Below, piece by piece: positions 53,462-64,000 of a DNA stretch of 64,000 nt. Every line of letters starts with the position of its first letter. Positions within the stretch are counted from its first letter, which is position 1. The notes below the pieces were generated by a model that worked only from the letters and a program-made list of their open reading frames with translations, made no database searches and had not been told where the DNA came from. A program made the translations under genes and the position numbers. The stretch is taken from IMG/VR virus record IMGVR_UViG_3300009499_000053. One strand, written 5' to 3'. The stretch is from a virus.

Positions 53462-53998
53462 ATGAGAAAGAAACTTAAGTTCTATCTAGTAGGTCCAATT
53501 CAGTGGACTGAAGACTTTATGAACTGGAGAATAGATCTCAGAGAGTACCTAGAAGATCAAGGACATGAAGGACTTCTTCCCTGGGGAGAGATCTATCACG
53601 GTAAGATGGGAAGATTAGTCTTCACTAAATGGGCAAAGAGTATGTCTAGGGATGATTATCTAGGGAGAGTTAGAAAGTACTTTAGAAAGTACGTTATCAA
53701 GTGGGACATCAGGGCTGTGGAGGCATGTGATGGTATCATATTCTGGTTACCTAAGGATATACCAACTGTAGGATCCCATGGGGAATGTACTTTAATCTAC
53801 TACCTAGTTCATCACAAAAAGCTTGCTAAGTGGAGAGCAAGTCATAAGAAGATCTTTGTGGTAACTACAATTCCTGCTAAGGATCTTTCTTACTGGCTAA
53901 TTGGTTGTTCTGATAGAATATTCTTCAATTGGAACGAATTTAAGGCCTATTTCGGTAAGCGTTTTAACAATAAAAAGAAGAAGGTGAATAACAAATGA
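53462..53998 (+). CDS. nucleoside 2-deoxyribosyltransferase-like protein
   Basis: YLVGPI..WR..D..AVEACD..GSHGE. Confidence 0.65.
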   Translation: MRKKLKFYLVGPIQWTEDFMNWRIDLREYLEDQGHEGLLPWGEIYHGKMGRLVFTKWAKSMSRDDYLGRVRKYFRKYVIKWDIRAVEACDGIIFWLPKDIPTVGSHGECTLIYYLVHHKKLAKWRASHKKIFVVTTIPAKDLSYWLIGCSDRIFFNWNEFKAYFGKRFNNKKKKVNNK

Positions 53999-54337
53999 CT
54001 AAAAGATGGAAGTATAGGAAAGTAACTCCTGAGAACAGAAAGAACATGAAGGACCTAAGGGAAAAAGGATGGTCCTATGTAAAGATAGGAAAATTGTTTA
54101 ATATAGATCCTCACTCTGTCCGTTATTGGATAGATGAAGAATATAGACAACGATGTATTAAGCGAGCTAAGAGTAGAAAGAGGAAACCCCTTACTGATGA
54201 GCAGAAAACAAAGAGGAAAGTCTACATTAGGAAATACATCAAGAAGAGATATAACGAGGATCCTGAGTTTAGAGAGAGATTTCTAGGCCATACTAAGAAA
54301 TGGCAGAGAAAGAACAAGGCAATGAATAAAGTGGGAA

Positions 54338-54937
54338 GTGAGAAGAATGCCTAAAGAATGGGAATACATGGATGAACATGCAAAGAAGAAAACTAGAACA
54401 CCCTTAGATGACAAGATAGATGGGAGATTGATGAAGAAGAGAATCTTAATATTAAATGGTGAACTGGAAGAGGAAAGAGTTGATAGAATCTGTAGAAAAC
54501 TGATCCTCCTAGGAACAGAGAAGAGTAAGGCTCCTATCAGGATAATCCTTAACTCTGTTGGTGGAGAGGTCTTTCTAGGACTTCTAACCTACAATACCAT
54601 AATGGATCTTAGAAGCAAAGGAATCCCTATAGAGATAGAGACTCGTGGACTAGCTGCAAGTATGGGTTGTATTATTCTTCAATCTGGAAGTAGAAGAATA
54701 GCAAGAAAGTATACCCGTTTCCTTATACATGAGATTACCTCTATCACCTTTGGAAAGTCCTCTGAGATTAAAGAGCAGGCCCAAGAGATTATAAAGCTGA
54801 ATAACATGCTTCGAGACATCATAGCAAACCATACAGGTAAGACTCCTAAACAGATTAGGAAACTTTGGTTTAAAAAGGATGTTTGGATGTCTGCAGAGGA
54901 AGCATTGAAGTTTGGTCTGTTAGATGAGATAGTCTAG
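54338..54937 (+). CDS. clpP: ClpP-like serine protease
   Basis: NSVGG, AASMG, FLIHE, DVWMSAEEALKFGLLD. Confidence 0.88.
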   Translation: MRRMPKEWEYMDEHAKKKTRTPLDDKIDGRLMKKRILILNGELEEERVDRICRKLILLGTEKSKAPIRIILNSVGGEVFLGLLTYNTIMDLRSKGIPIEIETRGLAASMGCIILQSGSRRIARKYTRFLIHEITSITFGKSSEIKEQAQEIIKLNNMLRDIIANHTGKTPKQIRKLWFKKDVWMSAEEALKFGLLDEIV

Positions 54938-54974
54938 CAATTCTCATACAAGAACAAATCGGAGATAAAATAAT

Positions 54975-56708
54975 ATGACATTAAAATTAAGTGAAAACGC
55001 TAAATATATTCTAAGTCAGAGGTATCTCTTAAAGGATGAGAATAGGGAACTCATTGAAACACCTATACAGATGTTCAGACGGGTTGCTAAGGCAGTAGCA
55101 GCATCAGAGTTTAAGTACGGAAAGACCAAGAAGGATGTAAAGAAGTATGAACGAGACTTCCTACGGATGATGACTAGTCTGGAGTTTCTACCCAACTCTC
55201 CTACGTTGATGAATGCAGGTACAGATCTAGGTCAGTTGAGTGCTTGTTTTGTTCTTCCTGTAAGTGATAGTATTGATGAGATCTTTCTAGCAGTAATGTA
55301 TACTGCAAGGATTCACAAGACTGGAGGGGGAACTGGGTTCTCATTCTCACGATTAAGACCAAAGGATGACATTGTTAAATCTACAGGTGGAGTAGCCTCA
55401 GGTCCCCTATCCTTTATGACATGTTTTGATACTGCTACAGAGGTAATTAAACAGGGTGGAAAGAGAAGAGGAGCTAATATGGGTGTCCTCAGAGTAGATC
55501 ATCCTGATATCCTAGACTTCTTAGTGGAGAAGGAGCAAGAGGGGAAACTTAGGAATTTTAATCTCTCAGTTGCCTTAACTGATAAGTTCCTAAATGCTGT
55601 AGAGAAGGAGGCAGACTTCAGTCTTATTAATCCAAGAACTAAGAAGGTAACCAATACTATTAGAGCTAGGACTATCTGGAACCTTCTAATCACTATGAGT
55701 TGGAAGAATGGAGAACCAGGAGTCATCTTCTTAGATCAGATGAATAGGGCAAATCCTACACCAAAGGTAGGAGAGATAGAGGCTACAAACCCATGTGGTG
55801 AACAACCATTACTACCCTATGAATCCTGTAACCTGGGTTCTATTAACCTCTCTAAGTTCATCAAGAAGAATGGACAGATAGACTGGGAGAAACTTAAGAG
55901 AACGGTCAGACTAGCAGTTCGTTTCCTAGATAATGTAATAGATGCTAACAAGTATCCACTACAGGAGATAGCGAACCAGACCCTAGCTAATAGAAAGATA
56001 GGTCTGGGAGTGATGGGCTTTGCTGATCTTCTTCTAAGACTAGGAATAAGGTATGATACCAAGAAGGCAGTAGACCTTGGAAGAAAGATAATTAAGTTCA
56101 TTAAAGAAGAGGGATTTAAGATGTCACAGGAGCTAGGAAAGGAGAAGTCAAGCTTTCCGAATAAGAGAAGGTCTATCTTTAAGGATATACCCTACCTAAG
56201 GAATGCCACAATTACAACCATTGCACCTACAGGAACAATCTCTCTAATAGCTAACTGCTCCTCTGGGATAGAACCAATCTTTGCAGTGGTACAGAGAAGG
56301 AACGTAAAAGAGAGTCTAGGAAAGGATCTAATAGAAATCAATCCTGCCATTAAGATCTCCCTTGAGTTGAAGGGACTATGGTCTGATGTCATGGAGGAAA
56401 CTTTGAGGAAGACAGAATGCGCTAAGTGTCTCTTGATTCCTAAAGCAATGAGGGACGCCATAGTTACCTCTGCTGAGATCTCTCCTAAGTGGCATGTAAG
56501 GATGCAAGCAGCCTTTCAGGACTATACGGACAATGCTGTTTCCAAGACAATAAACCTACCCAATAAGTCTACTGTGGATGACATTGAGAGGGTCTACCTA
56601 TTAGCTTATAAGTTGGGATGCAAAGGTATTACTATATACAGGGATGGAAGCAGAATATTCCAGTTATTAACTAAGGGAGGAAGGGTATCATGCCCCAAAT
56701 GTGGTTAA
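54975..56708 (+). CDS. nrdJ: class II (B12-dependent) ribonucleotide reductase
   Basis: PNSPTLMNAG, LSACF, TNPCGEQPL, TIAPTGTIS, C-terminal CPKC. Confidence 0.95.
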   Translation: MTLKLSENAKYILSQRYLLKDENRELIETPIQMFRRVAKAVAASEFKYGKTKKDVKKYERDFLRMMTSLEFLPNSPTLMNAGTDLGQLSACFVLPVSDSIDEIFLAVMYTARIHKTGGGTGFSFSRLRPKDDIVKSTGGVASGPLSFMTCFDTATEVIKQGGKRRGANMGVLRVDHPDILDFLVEKEQEGKLRNFNLSVALTDKFLNAVEKEADFSLINPRTKKVTNTIRARTIWNLLITMSWKNGEPGVIFLDQMNRANPTPKVGEIEATNPCGEQPLLPYESCNLGSINLSKFIKKNGQIDWEKLKRTVRLAVRFLDNVIDANKYPLQEIANQTLANRKIGLGVMGFADLLLRLGIRYDTKKAVDLGRKIIKFIKEEGFKMSQELGKEKSSFPNKRRSIFKDIPYLRNATITTIAPTGTISLIANCSSGIEPIFAVVQRRNVKESLGKDLIEINPAIKISLELKGLWSDVMEETLRKTECAKCLLIPKAMRDAIVTSAEISPKWHVRMQAAFQDYTDNAVSKTINLPNKSTVDDIERVYLLAYKLGCKGITIYRDGSRIFQLLTKGGRVSCPKCG

Positions 56709-56967
56709 AGTGTCCATACTGTGGTCAACCCTTCAAAAACGATTTCAGAATGAAGGAACATTGTTGGCAAAGACATTGGTGGACAGGATACGTAGAGAGA
56801 TACGTGACAATGGCGTTTAATCCATCCTGTAGATATGGGTACTGGGATTAAAATGAAGTGTCTTATATGTGGTGGTAATATGGTAAGGATGCCTGTCCAG
56901 AAAGACTGTGGTCAAGGACACTGCAGTATAGAATGGAAAAACGTTTGCAATAATTGTGGAGAAATGA

Positions 56968-57858
56968 GTGATTAAAATGAGTAAACAAGGAATAGGAAAA
57001 AGAACAAGCATTAGAAGTTATCCAGGAGTAACCCTAGACTTAATGGAGAGAAAACTAAAAGTGATTGATATTCCTTTGCAACCAGGTCAAACCTACAGCG
57101 AAGTCATCTTTATGGGTGATTTTCATGTAGGAAGTGATGGTTTCTCAGAGCATCAATTAAAAGCATACCTAGACTGGATCAAGGATAACCCGAGTGTTAG
57201 AGTCATTCTAATGGGAGATTTGGTTGAGGTTGGTGATCTATCTGGTCATCTACCTGCACAGAAAGAAGCATTTAAGGATCAAATCATTAGACTGGTACAA
57301 CTACTAGAACCAATTAAGGAACAGATTATCTGTATCCTAGAGGGTAACCATGAGGAGAGATATGCACGAGAAGTAAAGAATGCTATTGAGTTTTCACATT
57401 ACCTAGCTCTTGAGTTAGGTATCTCTAGGAAGATACTGAAACCTGGACCTCAGAAAGGACAGATAATGGTTCTAAAGGTAGGTGAACAATACTATCCTAT
57501 CTACTGTATACATGGGAATACCTCATCCATCTATAATAAGGGTACACAACTCAAGAGGATGGCCTTTACAACTAAGCTTCCCTTAATTATACATGCACAT
57601 ACACACCAGATCTATCATGATCACTACATCTATCGTATGCCTAACAGGATAGCAGGGGACTTCTATGAGTCAGTATTTGAACAGCACTGGGTAGTCTCAG
57701 GTTGTTTTGTTAAGTACCTAGGTTATGCAGAACAGAAGTCATATCCAATGTCTAAGATCGGAGCTCCTATAGTTCGCTTCTTTGGGGATTCGCAGGGACT
57801 AATGGTCATAACAGATGCTATGTTCTTCTATGGGATAGGAAAGAACCCCTCTTATTAA
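56968..57858 (+). CDS. metallophosphoesterase
   Basis: GDFHVG, MGDLVE, GNHE, HG, AHTH. Confidence 0.85.
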   Translation: MIKMSKQGIGKRTSIRSYPGVTLDLMERKLKVIDIPLQPGQTYSEVIFMGDFHVGSDGFSEHQLKAYLDWIKDNPSVRVILMGDLVEVGDLSGHLPAQKEAFKDQIIRLVQLLEPIKEQIICILEGNHEERYAREVKNAIEFSHYLALELGISRKILKPGPQKGQIMVLKVGEQYYPIYCIHGNTSSIYNKGTQLKRMAFTTKLPLIIHAHTHQIYHDHYIYRMPNRIAGDFYESVFEQHWVVSGCFVKYLGYAEQKSYPMSKIGAPIVRFFGDSQGLMVITDAMFFYGIGKNPSY

Positions 57859-59168
57859 GATCTTCTTCTATAGGATGGAGGAAGGATGGGAAGGAAGTTA
57901 AAGTACGAGAAGATTCTATTTCCTAAAGATAGACCTAAGTGTCCACGTTGTGGTGGTTTACATGTTATCTCTAGAGGAGTGGAATGGGGATGTGGTAACT
58001 GTGGTAGGAGATGGGCAAAGCGTTTAAACTGGGGAAAGAACTATGAGAAAAAAGAGATGGACGGAAAAGCAGTTAAAGGAGAAGATTGAAGAGATAAAGG
58101 GTCAGGTCAACTACCAGAAAAGGACTATTAAGAGATCAGAAGATGAGATTAGAGACCTAGAGATCCTTCAAAGATACTTTAGGGAGATGCTGGCTAAGAA
58201 GTATGATAATCCCTCGTCAGTTAAGTTCGGAGGTCCCCAGAAATGAAAGGTCATAAGAACTTTAAGGTTCTAAGGACATGGAAAGGAACAAGTTATAGGT
58301 TGTTTGAGTTGGTTAAATGCCCTGAGTGTGGGATTAACTTCGTAAGGGATATTAATCATGAAAGGTACTGTATCATAAAGATTCCCTCAGTTTGCCCAGG
58401 TTGTAGATATCCTTGGACCTATTACCAGAAACTTAGGGAAGAATTAGAGAATAAGGGTATACCGAAGGTAGCTCCACCATTTAATCCTACGGCGAGGGTA
58501 CAGTAATGTGTCAGAACCCCTGGAAAGAGTGTAAGAAACCAGGATGCGTTGTCCTAATCCTTTATAAGAAGTCGAGTAAAGAGATATGTAAGAGGTGCTG
58601 GAATGAAATCGCTGTTTCCGATCGGGAGTGGGGTAACTCTAAAAGACGCACTAAAGAATAGGTATCCCGGTCTAGAGTTTGATATAGAGGATGACATTAC
58701 ACGGGGAAGGAAGATGATTAGGATTTCACTAGAGGATACTGAGACGTACAGAATCGATGTAGTGTTTAGTCAGACTTTGTTAGCAGCAGGACGTCCAGAA
58801 CTAATGTCAATGCACATAGATAGTGCAGTAAAACGTCTTAGGGAGTATGTAAGACAGGAAAAGTGGGGAGAGAACAATCCATCATCAAGGTGGTACTGTT
58901 GAGTATTGAGTTAATAGCTATTTTGGCTGCAGTGATTATTTCCCTTGTTAATCTGTTGCTTGGTCTTCTAAGGACTTATTATGCTAAGTACACAAAGAGG
59001 ACCTACCAAGGTTCAGTAAATTACTGGTCCTCCTGGCAGAAAAGGAAGTTTGATGTAGCAGCCGAGGTTCTCAAGGAGATGGGAATAGAGTCTCCTGAGG
59101 ATATGAGGAAGTTAATGAAGAAGATTACGAAAGAGAAAAAGAGGAATCTAAAAGAGAAAACAAAGTAG

Positions 59169-60545
59169 GTGGAAATAATGGAAGAAAAAAGTGAAGTAAC
59201 GTGTGAAGATGGCCCAGCCTGTTCAGGATCTGTAGAGAGAACAGGTAAAGCAACATCAACAGTTAAGAGTGAGATAACAGAACAAACAAGGAGAGAAGTG
59301 AAGACTTTTGCAGCGCAGATTCTTAAGGTCCTAAAATCCTATGTCACCCAACAGGATAAAGACTATGAGGAATGGCTAGGAGTGAAAGCTGAGGATAGAG
59401 TAACAGTGTCTGTAGAGTATCCACTTTACCAACAATCGCAGGCCTGTTATGCTGTCAATACACTAATAGATAAGACTGCTAAGGTACATAAACGGACAAG
59501 TTACTGTGGAGGAGAGAGAAGTGCAGCAGACTATCAGGATGTAGAGATTAAAAGGGAAGTATACCAGAGTCTCTTGGTAAGTGGGAAGATATTCTTTACA
59601 TGGAAGAAAATGAAGTGTATCGCAAGTGTGTTCTTCTCAGGTAACTACTCTGAGGCTAGCTTTGTCCATGCCAAGAAACATGCTAAGACCAGTAAGAAGT
59701 TCCAAGCTGAGTTAAGAGAGTTCATGTGCAAACATAACTATTTCAAGGGTGAGAAGTTAGAGTTTATGCCCTACTCCAGAATAAAGTTCCTAAGTTTCCC
59801 AGATCTAGACTGGAATTCTCTTATCCTAAAGAAAGAACTCAAGGATGAGATAGCCCTTAACCTTATCTTTCCGCTACATAACCAGAAACTATGTGATAAG
59901 TTCAATGTACCCTGGAGAAGGGGAGTACTTCTAGCAGGGGTTCCAGGAACAGGAAAGACTCAGTTAGGGAGAGTACTCTGTAACAAGTTAGATGGTATAA
60001 CAGTAATCTGGGCAACCTGTAAGTCAGTGCAAGATGTGAGCAGAGTAAGGAACCTCTTTGAGATAGCAAGAAACTTTGCTCCTACACTGATAGTAATGGA
60101 GGATCTAGACTTCTATGGCCAAGATAGGGAGTTTACAACTAACCCGATTGTGGGTGAACTTCTAAACCAACTAGATGGGAATGCACCTAATGTAGGAGTG
60201 TTTGTCCTAGCAACCACTAATAGACCTTACCTACTTGATAAGGCACTAGCTGACAGACCAAGTAGATTTGATATAAAGCTAGTATTTGGTCTTCCTGATG
60301 TAAATGAGAGAAGGGCCATGATAAATCTCTTTGGAAAGAAGAAGAACATAAAGCCCTCTGTTGACTATATTGCTCGGATGTCAGATAAGTTGACTGGAGC
60401 ACATATCAAGGAAGTCATTAACTATGCTCAGTTGGTATCCCTGAATGATGGAAGGGAGGAAATACAGACAAAGGACATAGATTTAGCCCTGAGAAAGGTT
60501 AAGACTAAACTAGAGGCACAAAGAAAAAATAATTTGGTGAGGTAA
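59169..60545 (+). CDS. classical AAA+ ATPase (proteasome/FtsH/Cdc48 clade-like)
   Basis: GVPGTGKT, MEDLD, LLNQLDG, TTNRP..LD.AL..RPSRFD. Confidence 0.9.
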   Translation: MEIMEEKSEVTCEDGPACSGSVERTGKATSTVKSEITEQTRREVKTFAAQILKVLKSYVTQQDKDYEEWLGVKAEDRVTVSVEYPLYQQSQACYAVNTLIDKTAKVHKRTSYCGGERSAADYQDVEIKREVYQSLLVSGKIFFTWKKMKCIASVFFSGNYSEASFVHAKKHAKTSKKFQAELREFMCKHNYFKGEKLEFMPYSRIKFLSFPDLDWNSLILKKELKDEIALNLIFPLHNQKLCDKFNVPWRRGVLLAGVPGTGKTQLGRVLCNKLDGITVIWATCKSVQDVSRVRNLFEIARNFAPTLIVMEDLDFYGQDREFTTNPIVGELLNQLDGNAPNVGVFVLATTNRPYLLDKALADRPSRFDIKLVFGLPDVNERRAMINLFGKKKNIKPSVDYIARMSDKLTGAHIKEVINYAQLVSLNDGREEIQTKDIDLALRKVKTKLEAQRKNNLVR

Positions 60546-61221
60546 TATGGGAGGTCAATTTTGTCCAAAGTGTAATGAGGGTCTTCTACTAAGGACTTCT
60601 AGAGGAACTAAGAGATGCAAGGTCTGTGGACATACCAAACATGATAGCTTCAATAAACACTCAAGGGGATTGCCCCTAGGGAAGAAGAGGGAGAAGAAGG
60701 ACACAAAGGAAATACCGGTAATCCATAGTAAGAAGTATGAGAAAGAACTGAGTCGTTCTATTCCTAAGGGTGATGGTTTCTTTAGTGAAGACTATCAGAC
60801 TAAGAAGTTTGTTCGTGATGGTCAGATTAGAAAGGCTAGGAAACTACAGGGAATCCAGGAGATGCTTAAGAAGATGAGAGCGAATAAGTACAATTCTCTT
60901 GAATCTATACAGATAGATGGAGAACTATGGGATATTAAGACAGGAAAACTCGTTAGAGAGAAAGGAAAGACAGTTAAGGAACCAAGCAAGAAAGAGCTTG
61001 AAACCGATAGAATTATCGAGGACATGGTCTTTAAAGAATCTGGGTAAGGAATAGGAAGAAGAAATGAGAAACCCTGTTTTGGTTCTGTTAATAACTCTGG
61101 AACATAAGTTCATTCCTTCAAAGATAACAGGATCATCCCTATACAAATACTTCTTTATTAATACAGTCTATCCATATCCATTTGAACGATGGTGCGTATA
61201 CTGTAGAAGAACAAGTTACTG

Positions 61222-61617
61222 TTGGTGGAAGGAGAAGGAAGAATGGAAGGAGGAGAGAGAATGTGTAAGTATGGGACCTATAAAAAAGTCCTAGTAACAA
61301 TGCAACCCCACGTATCAAGGACACAACCTTATGATTACTCTCAACCTTGGGAAGTACTCTGGAAGTTGTTAAAGTTTAGGTGCTTTACCTTCAATAAAGT
61401 TACTCTTTCCCAGTTATTTCAGAGGTATAAGGAATGGTTAAGGTGGACTTCGATTGATAGTTGTGTTGCTGATATCGTTCAAGTCTTTGAGGATAACAAG
61501 GTGTATATGAGAGCCTCATGCTGTGGTCATGGTAGAGGTAGAGGAGACGGTTATATTGACTTTAAGGATTACTCAACAATCATTATTCCTATTGAACTTA
61601 CAACGAATGAGGGATAG
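61222..61617 (+). CDS. TYW3-like fold protein (ID..SCCGH family), copy 1
   Basis: IDSCVADIV..RASCCGHG. Confidence 0.45.
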   Translation: MVEGEGRMEGGERMCKYGTYKKVLVTMQPHVSRTQPYDYSQPWEVLWKLLKFRCFTFNKVTLSQLFQRYKEWLRWTSIDSCVADIVQVFEDNKVYMRASCCGHGRGRGDGYIDFKDYSTIIIPIELTTNEG

Positions 61618-61619
61618 AA

Positions 61620-62081
61620 GTGTGTAAATGGGGAACCTATGAAGAAGTAGAGTGTGTTATTGCAGCACACCTTAGTTATACTGGAAAGGAACGTAAGAAG
61701 CTAGTGAAGATCGATAAGTGTATAGCTCCTATTGTCCGTGCCCTATCTGAGGCAGGAATTAAGATGGTATACTCCTGTTGTGGACATGGTAAATCAGGTC
61801 GTATTGATTTAGCAGATGGTAGATTCTTAATAGTCAGGAACAATAAGTCAGACTGGCCATATGAACGTTGCAGTGGCTGTGGAAGAGAACAACGACTAGC
61901 CTGGGCTGTAACTGATGAACTCTGGGCTAAGGTAATAGAATGTCCAGATGTACAGAAAGTTCTTTGCTTAGAGTGCTTCTTAAGTGTAGCTGATGAAAAG
62001 AGCATAGAAGTTAATAACGAGGATTTTACCTTCCTTCAATGGATAGGAATTAATCTTAAGGGAGAAGGATTTAGAAAATGA
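61620..62081 (+). CDS. TYW3-like fold protein, copy 2, with Zn-binding C-terminus
   Basis: IDKCIAPIV..YSCCGHG; shares the MCK[YW]GTY start with copy 1. Confidence 0.45.
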   Translation: MCKWGTYEEVECVIAAHLSYTGKERKKLVKIDKCIAPIVRALSEAGIKMVYSCCGHGKSGRIDLADGRFLIVRNNKSDWPYERCSGCGREQRLAWAVTDELWAKVIECPDVQKVLCLECFLSVADEKSIEVNNEDFTFLQWIGINLKGEGFRK

Positions 62082-62536
62082 GTAAATGTCCAATAAAAAG
62101 GAAGACAGATAACTTAGCAGTAAAAAGAAAGTTAGAGAACTTTACTGGAGATCTTCTGACACCAGAGGAGAAACAGTTCAGATTAAAAAGATTACAGAAA
62201 GAAATCGAGAGTAAACGAATCGATGAGGAAATGGTTCCTTATGTTAAACGAATCAACGCACTCTCCTCTTTTGTAACTACACAATGTTGTTTTGGTCATA
62301 AAGGAAATGACCATAATCAAAGAGCTTACATAGACTTTAGGAGTTCTTTAAAGCCCGGGGAGGTAATAGAACAGATCCTCAAGCCAATGTTATTGAAGCA
62401 TAATGTTCTACAAGTACAACTCTTTGGTCTCTGGAACGATCGTTTACGTTACTGTATTAGATTGGAAAGTAAGTTCTGGAAAGAAGAAATGGAAACACTA
62501 ATCAATATTCTAGAAGGAATTGAATATGGTAAGTAG
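62078..62536 (+). CDS. TYW3/Taw3-like tRNA methyltransferase-fold protein
   Basis: IDEEM..VKRIN....VTTQCCFGH. Confidence 0.55.
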   Translation: MSKCPIKRKTDNLAVKRKLENFTGDLLTPEEKQFRLKRLQKEIESKRIDEEMVPYVKRINALSSFVTTQCCFGHKGNDHNQRAYIDFRSSLKPGEVIEQILKPMLLKHNVLQVQLFGLWNDRLRYCIRLESKFWKEEMETLINILEGIEYGK

Positions 62537-62912
62537 GAAACTTAGAGTATATCTTGGGGGAAGCAAAGGTACATGGAGAAGGAAGTTTGCTAAGGAGAAT
62601 CAGGACTGTGAATGTTATGATCCCTTCAAGCATTCTAAACAGACTGCACTAGTTTCCTTTACCCAAAAAGATCTACAGGCAGTGAAAGAGACAGATGTCC
62701 TCTTCATCTATATTAACTACAAAATCTACACAGGAAGTTGTATAGAGGCAGGGTTTGCCTTTGCTCGGGGAATACCTATAATCTTGGTATTTGAACTAAA
62801 GGGTTATATTGACCCATTGCTACTAGGTATATCACGGAAGGTCTTTACAGATCTGGACTCAGCAATAGACTGGTTTAAGAAGTCGACTTATGTTAAGAAG
62901 GTGAGGAAATGA
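62520..62912 (+). CDS. nucleoside 2-deoxyribosyltransferase-like protein
   Basis: VYLGG..WR..YDP..DLQAV..D..GSCIEAGFA. Confidence 0.75.
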   Translation: MNMVSRKLRVYLGGSKGTWRRKFAKENQDCECYDPFKHSKQTALVSFTQKDLQAVKETDVLFIYINYKIYTGSCIEAGFAFARGIPIILVFELKGYIDPLLLGISRKVFTDLDSAIDWFKKSTYVKKVRK

Positions 62913-63549
62913 GTAACTGCACAGGCTGTCACAATTCTTTTGGGGATCATCCTAATCCACATAGTAGAGAGTGTACAATTTGTATACGGAATCCTAGGTA
63001 TCCTACTATGAAGATGCCTGATAAGGCTACTATAGATGGAGTAGAGGTAACAGTGCCCCAGGATCTGTACATTACTGAGGATAGAAAGAAGTTGGATGAG
63101 AAACGAATGTTAAAGAAACTGGCTGAGGTGGCAAATACTATAAACCGAAGAAGGGAACATGAAAAGATCATTCCTCTTAAAAGACCTAAGCGTTTACGTC
63201 CAGCATATTCACCTTGGGAGGCATATTGGGACTATGTCTACTGCCAGTGAGAAACACACGAAAGTTGAGTCTCCATCTGGAGGTACAATAGATCCAACTA
63301 TGTTCGGGCGAAGGATCAGGGAACTACCAACGAAAGAGGATAATCCTAGTTCTCGTTACTTTGGACATTTGGTTTTCCCCTTTGGATTTAAGAAAGGTGC
63401 CCTAGAGCTTGAGGACCAGAACCTAGTATGGAATGGAGCAATCATTGTAAACTGGAATATTGATATTCCTTTTGAAGATGAGAAGAAAGATAGTAATCCT
63501 TCTTCTAGAACCTTTGGAAAGTTAGCAGATGTGAGGGAATTGATAGGAA

Positions 63550-63915
63550 ATGACTACCAAGAAACGATCAGTATCTGAGTGGATAGAGTACTGTAAGAAG
63601 AATGCTAATGAGCATGGATTCACGATAGTTTGGGAAAGACAAGAAGGACCAATGAATCCTATAGAGAAGTTAATGAAGATTGTCTCAGAGTGTTCAGAGG
63701 CTTTAGAGGCCTATACTGCACAGAGTAAACCTAATGATGGAAAGAATAAGATACACTGTGATAACTGGAAGGAACACTTTGAAGCAGAGATAGCTGACAT
63801 TGTTATTCGTACATTACACTTAGTGGGAGACCTAGATATTGATCTAGAAAGTATCTTAGAGAAGAAGATGAAGTATAATAAAAAGAGATCACACTTACAT
63901 GGGAAGTTAACTTAG
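63550..63915 (+). CDS. MazG-like NTP pyrophosphohydrolase
   Basis: IVSECSEALEA..EIADIVIR..KMKYN. Confidence 0.85.
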   Translation: MTTKKRSVSEWIEYCKKNANEHGFTIVWERQEGPMNPIEKLMKIVSECSEALEAYTAQSKPNDGKNKIHCDNWKEHFEAEIADIVIRTLHLVGDLDIDLESILEKKMKYNKKRSHLHGKLT

Positions 63916-64000
63916 TGAGACTACCATCTGCACCCTGTTGGGCATGTAAGCTAACCTACAGTTCAAGGGGACAACGTATTACTGTCTTTACCAAGGACTC

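Larger units (their letters stand above)
38202..63578 (+). other. arrays of small orphan (often Zn-ribbon) ORFs carrying a shared [FYW]NP[ST]xR tag
   Basis: about 30 copies read directly from translations in this span, many immediately before the stop codon. Confidence 0.85.
1..64000 (+). mobile_element. segment of a large archaeal virus or extrachromosomal element
   Basis: single-strand coding, overlapping small orphan ORFs, tRNA array, isolated translation genes outside operons, phage-type accessory enzymes. Confidence 0.75.

Noticed and set aside
1-64000. CRISPR array, rRNA, transposase, integrase, stop-codon recoding
   Set aside because: No regularly spaced repeats or matching motifs seen; known genes are full length under the standard code and use all three stops.

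Overview
A gene-dense segment (~38-40% GC by eye) with essentially all genes on the + strand. It looks like part of a very large archaeal virus or extrachromosomal element, probably with a TACK/Bathyarchaeia- or Asgard-type host: it encodes eS26, eS30, Alba, topoisomerase IB and aRF1, and has tRNAs with BHB introns and TATA promoters. No capsid, terminase or replicative polymerase is recognisable here, so the element type is an inference. Contents: (i) 19 tRNAs plus pseudo-tRNAs and several unexplained structured RNAs (8-13 kb), with anomalous C33 and A34 anticodon loops; (ii) a translation/RNA quality-control block (aRF1, Pth2, nucleotidyltransferase, split Ro60/TROVE, RNA ligase) that includes a promoter-driven cluster of three ncRNAs, one with the circularly permuted tRNA-like fold of YrlA-type Y RNAs; (iii) a MoxR-AAA/HEXXH/VWA module whose HEXXH-VWA part appears split by small inserted genes; (iv) NrdJ, ClpP, AAA, GHKL ATPase, GT4, RNase H and nucleotide enzymes; (v) well over 100 small orphan ORFs, many of them Zn-ribbons. 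The most striking signal is that dozens of unrelated small proteins share short terminal peptide tags. About 33 copies of [FYW]NP[ST]xR lie mainly at 37-63.5 kb, and about 17 copies of [LFV]Wxx[LIV]F lie mainly at 0-33 kb. The first tag is conserved at protein rather than DNA level, suggesting an undescribed sorting, docking or degron system.
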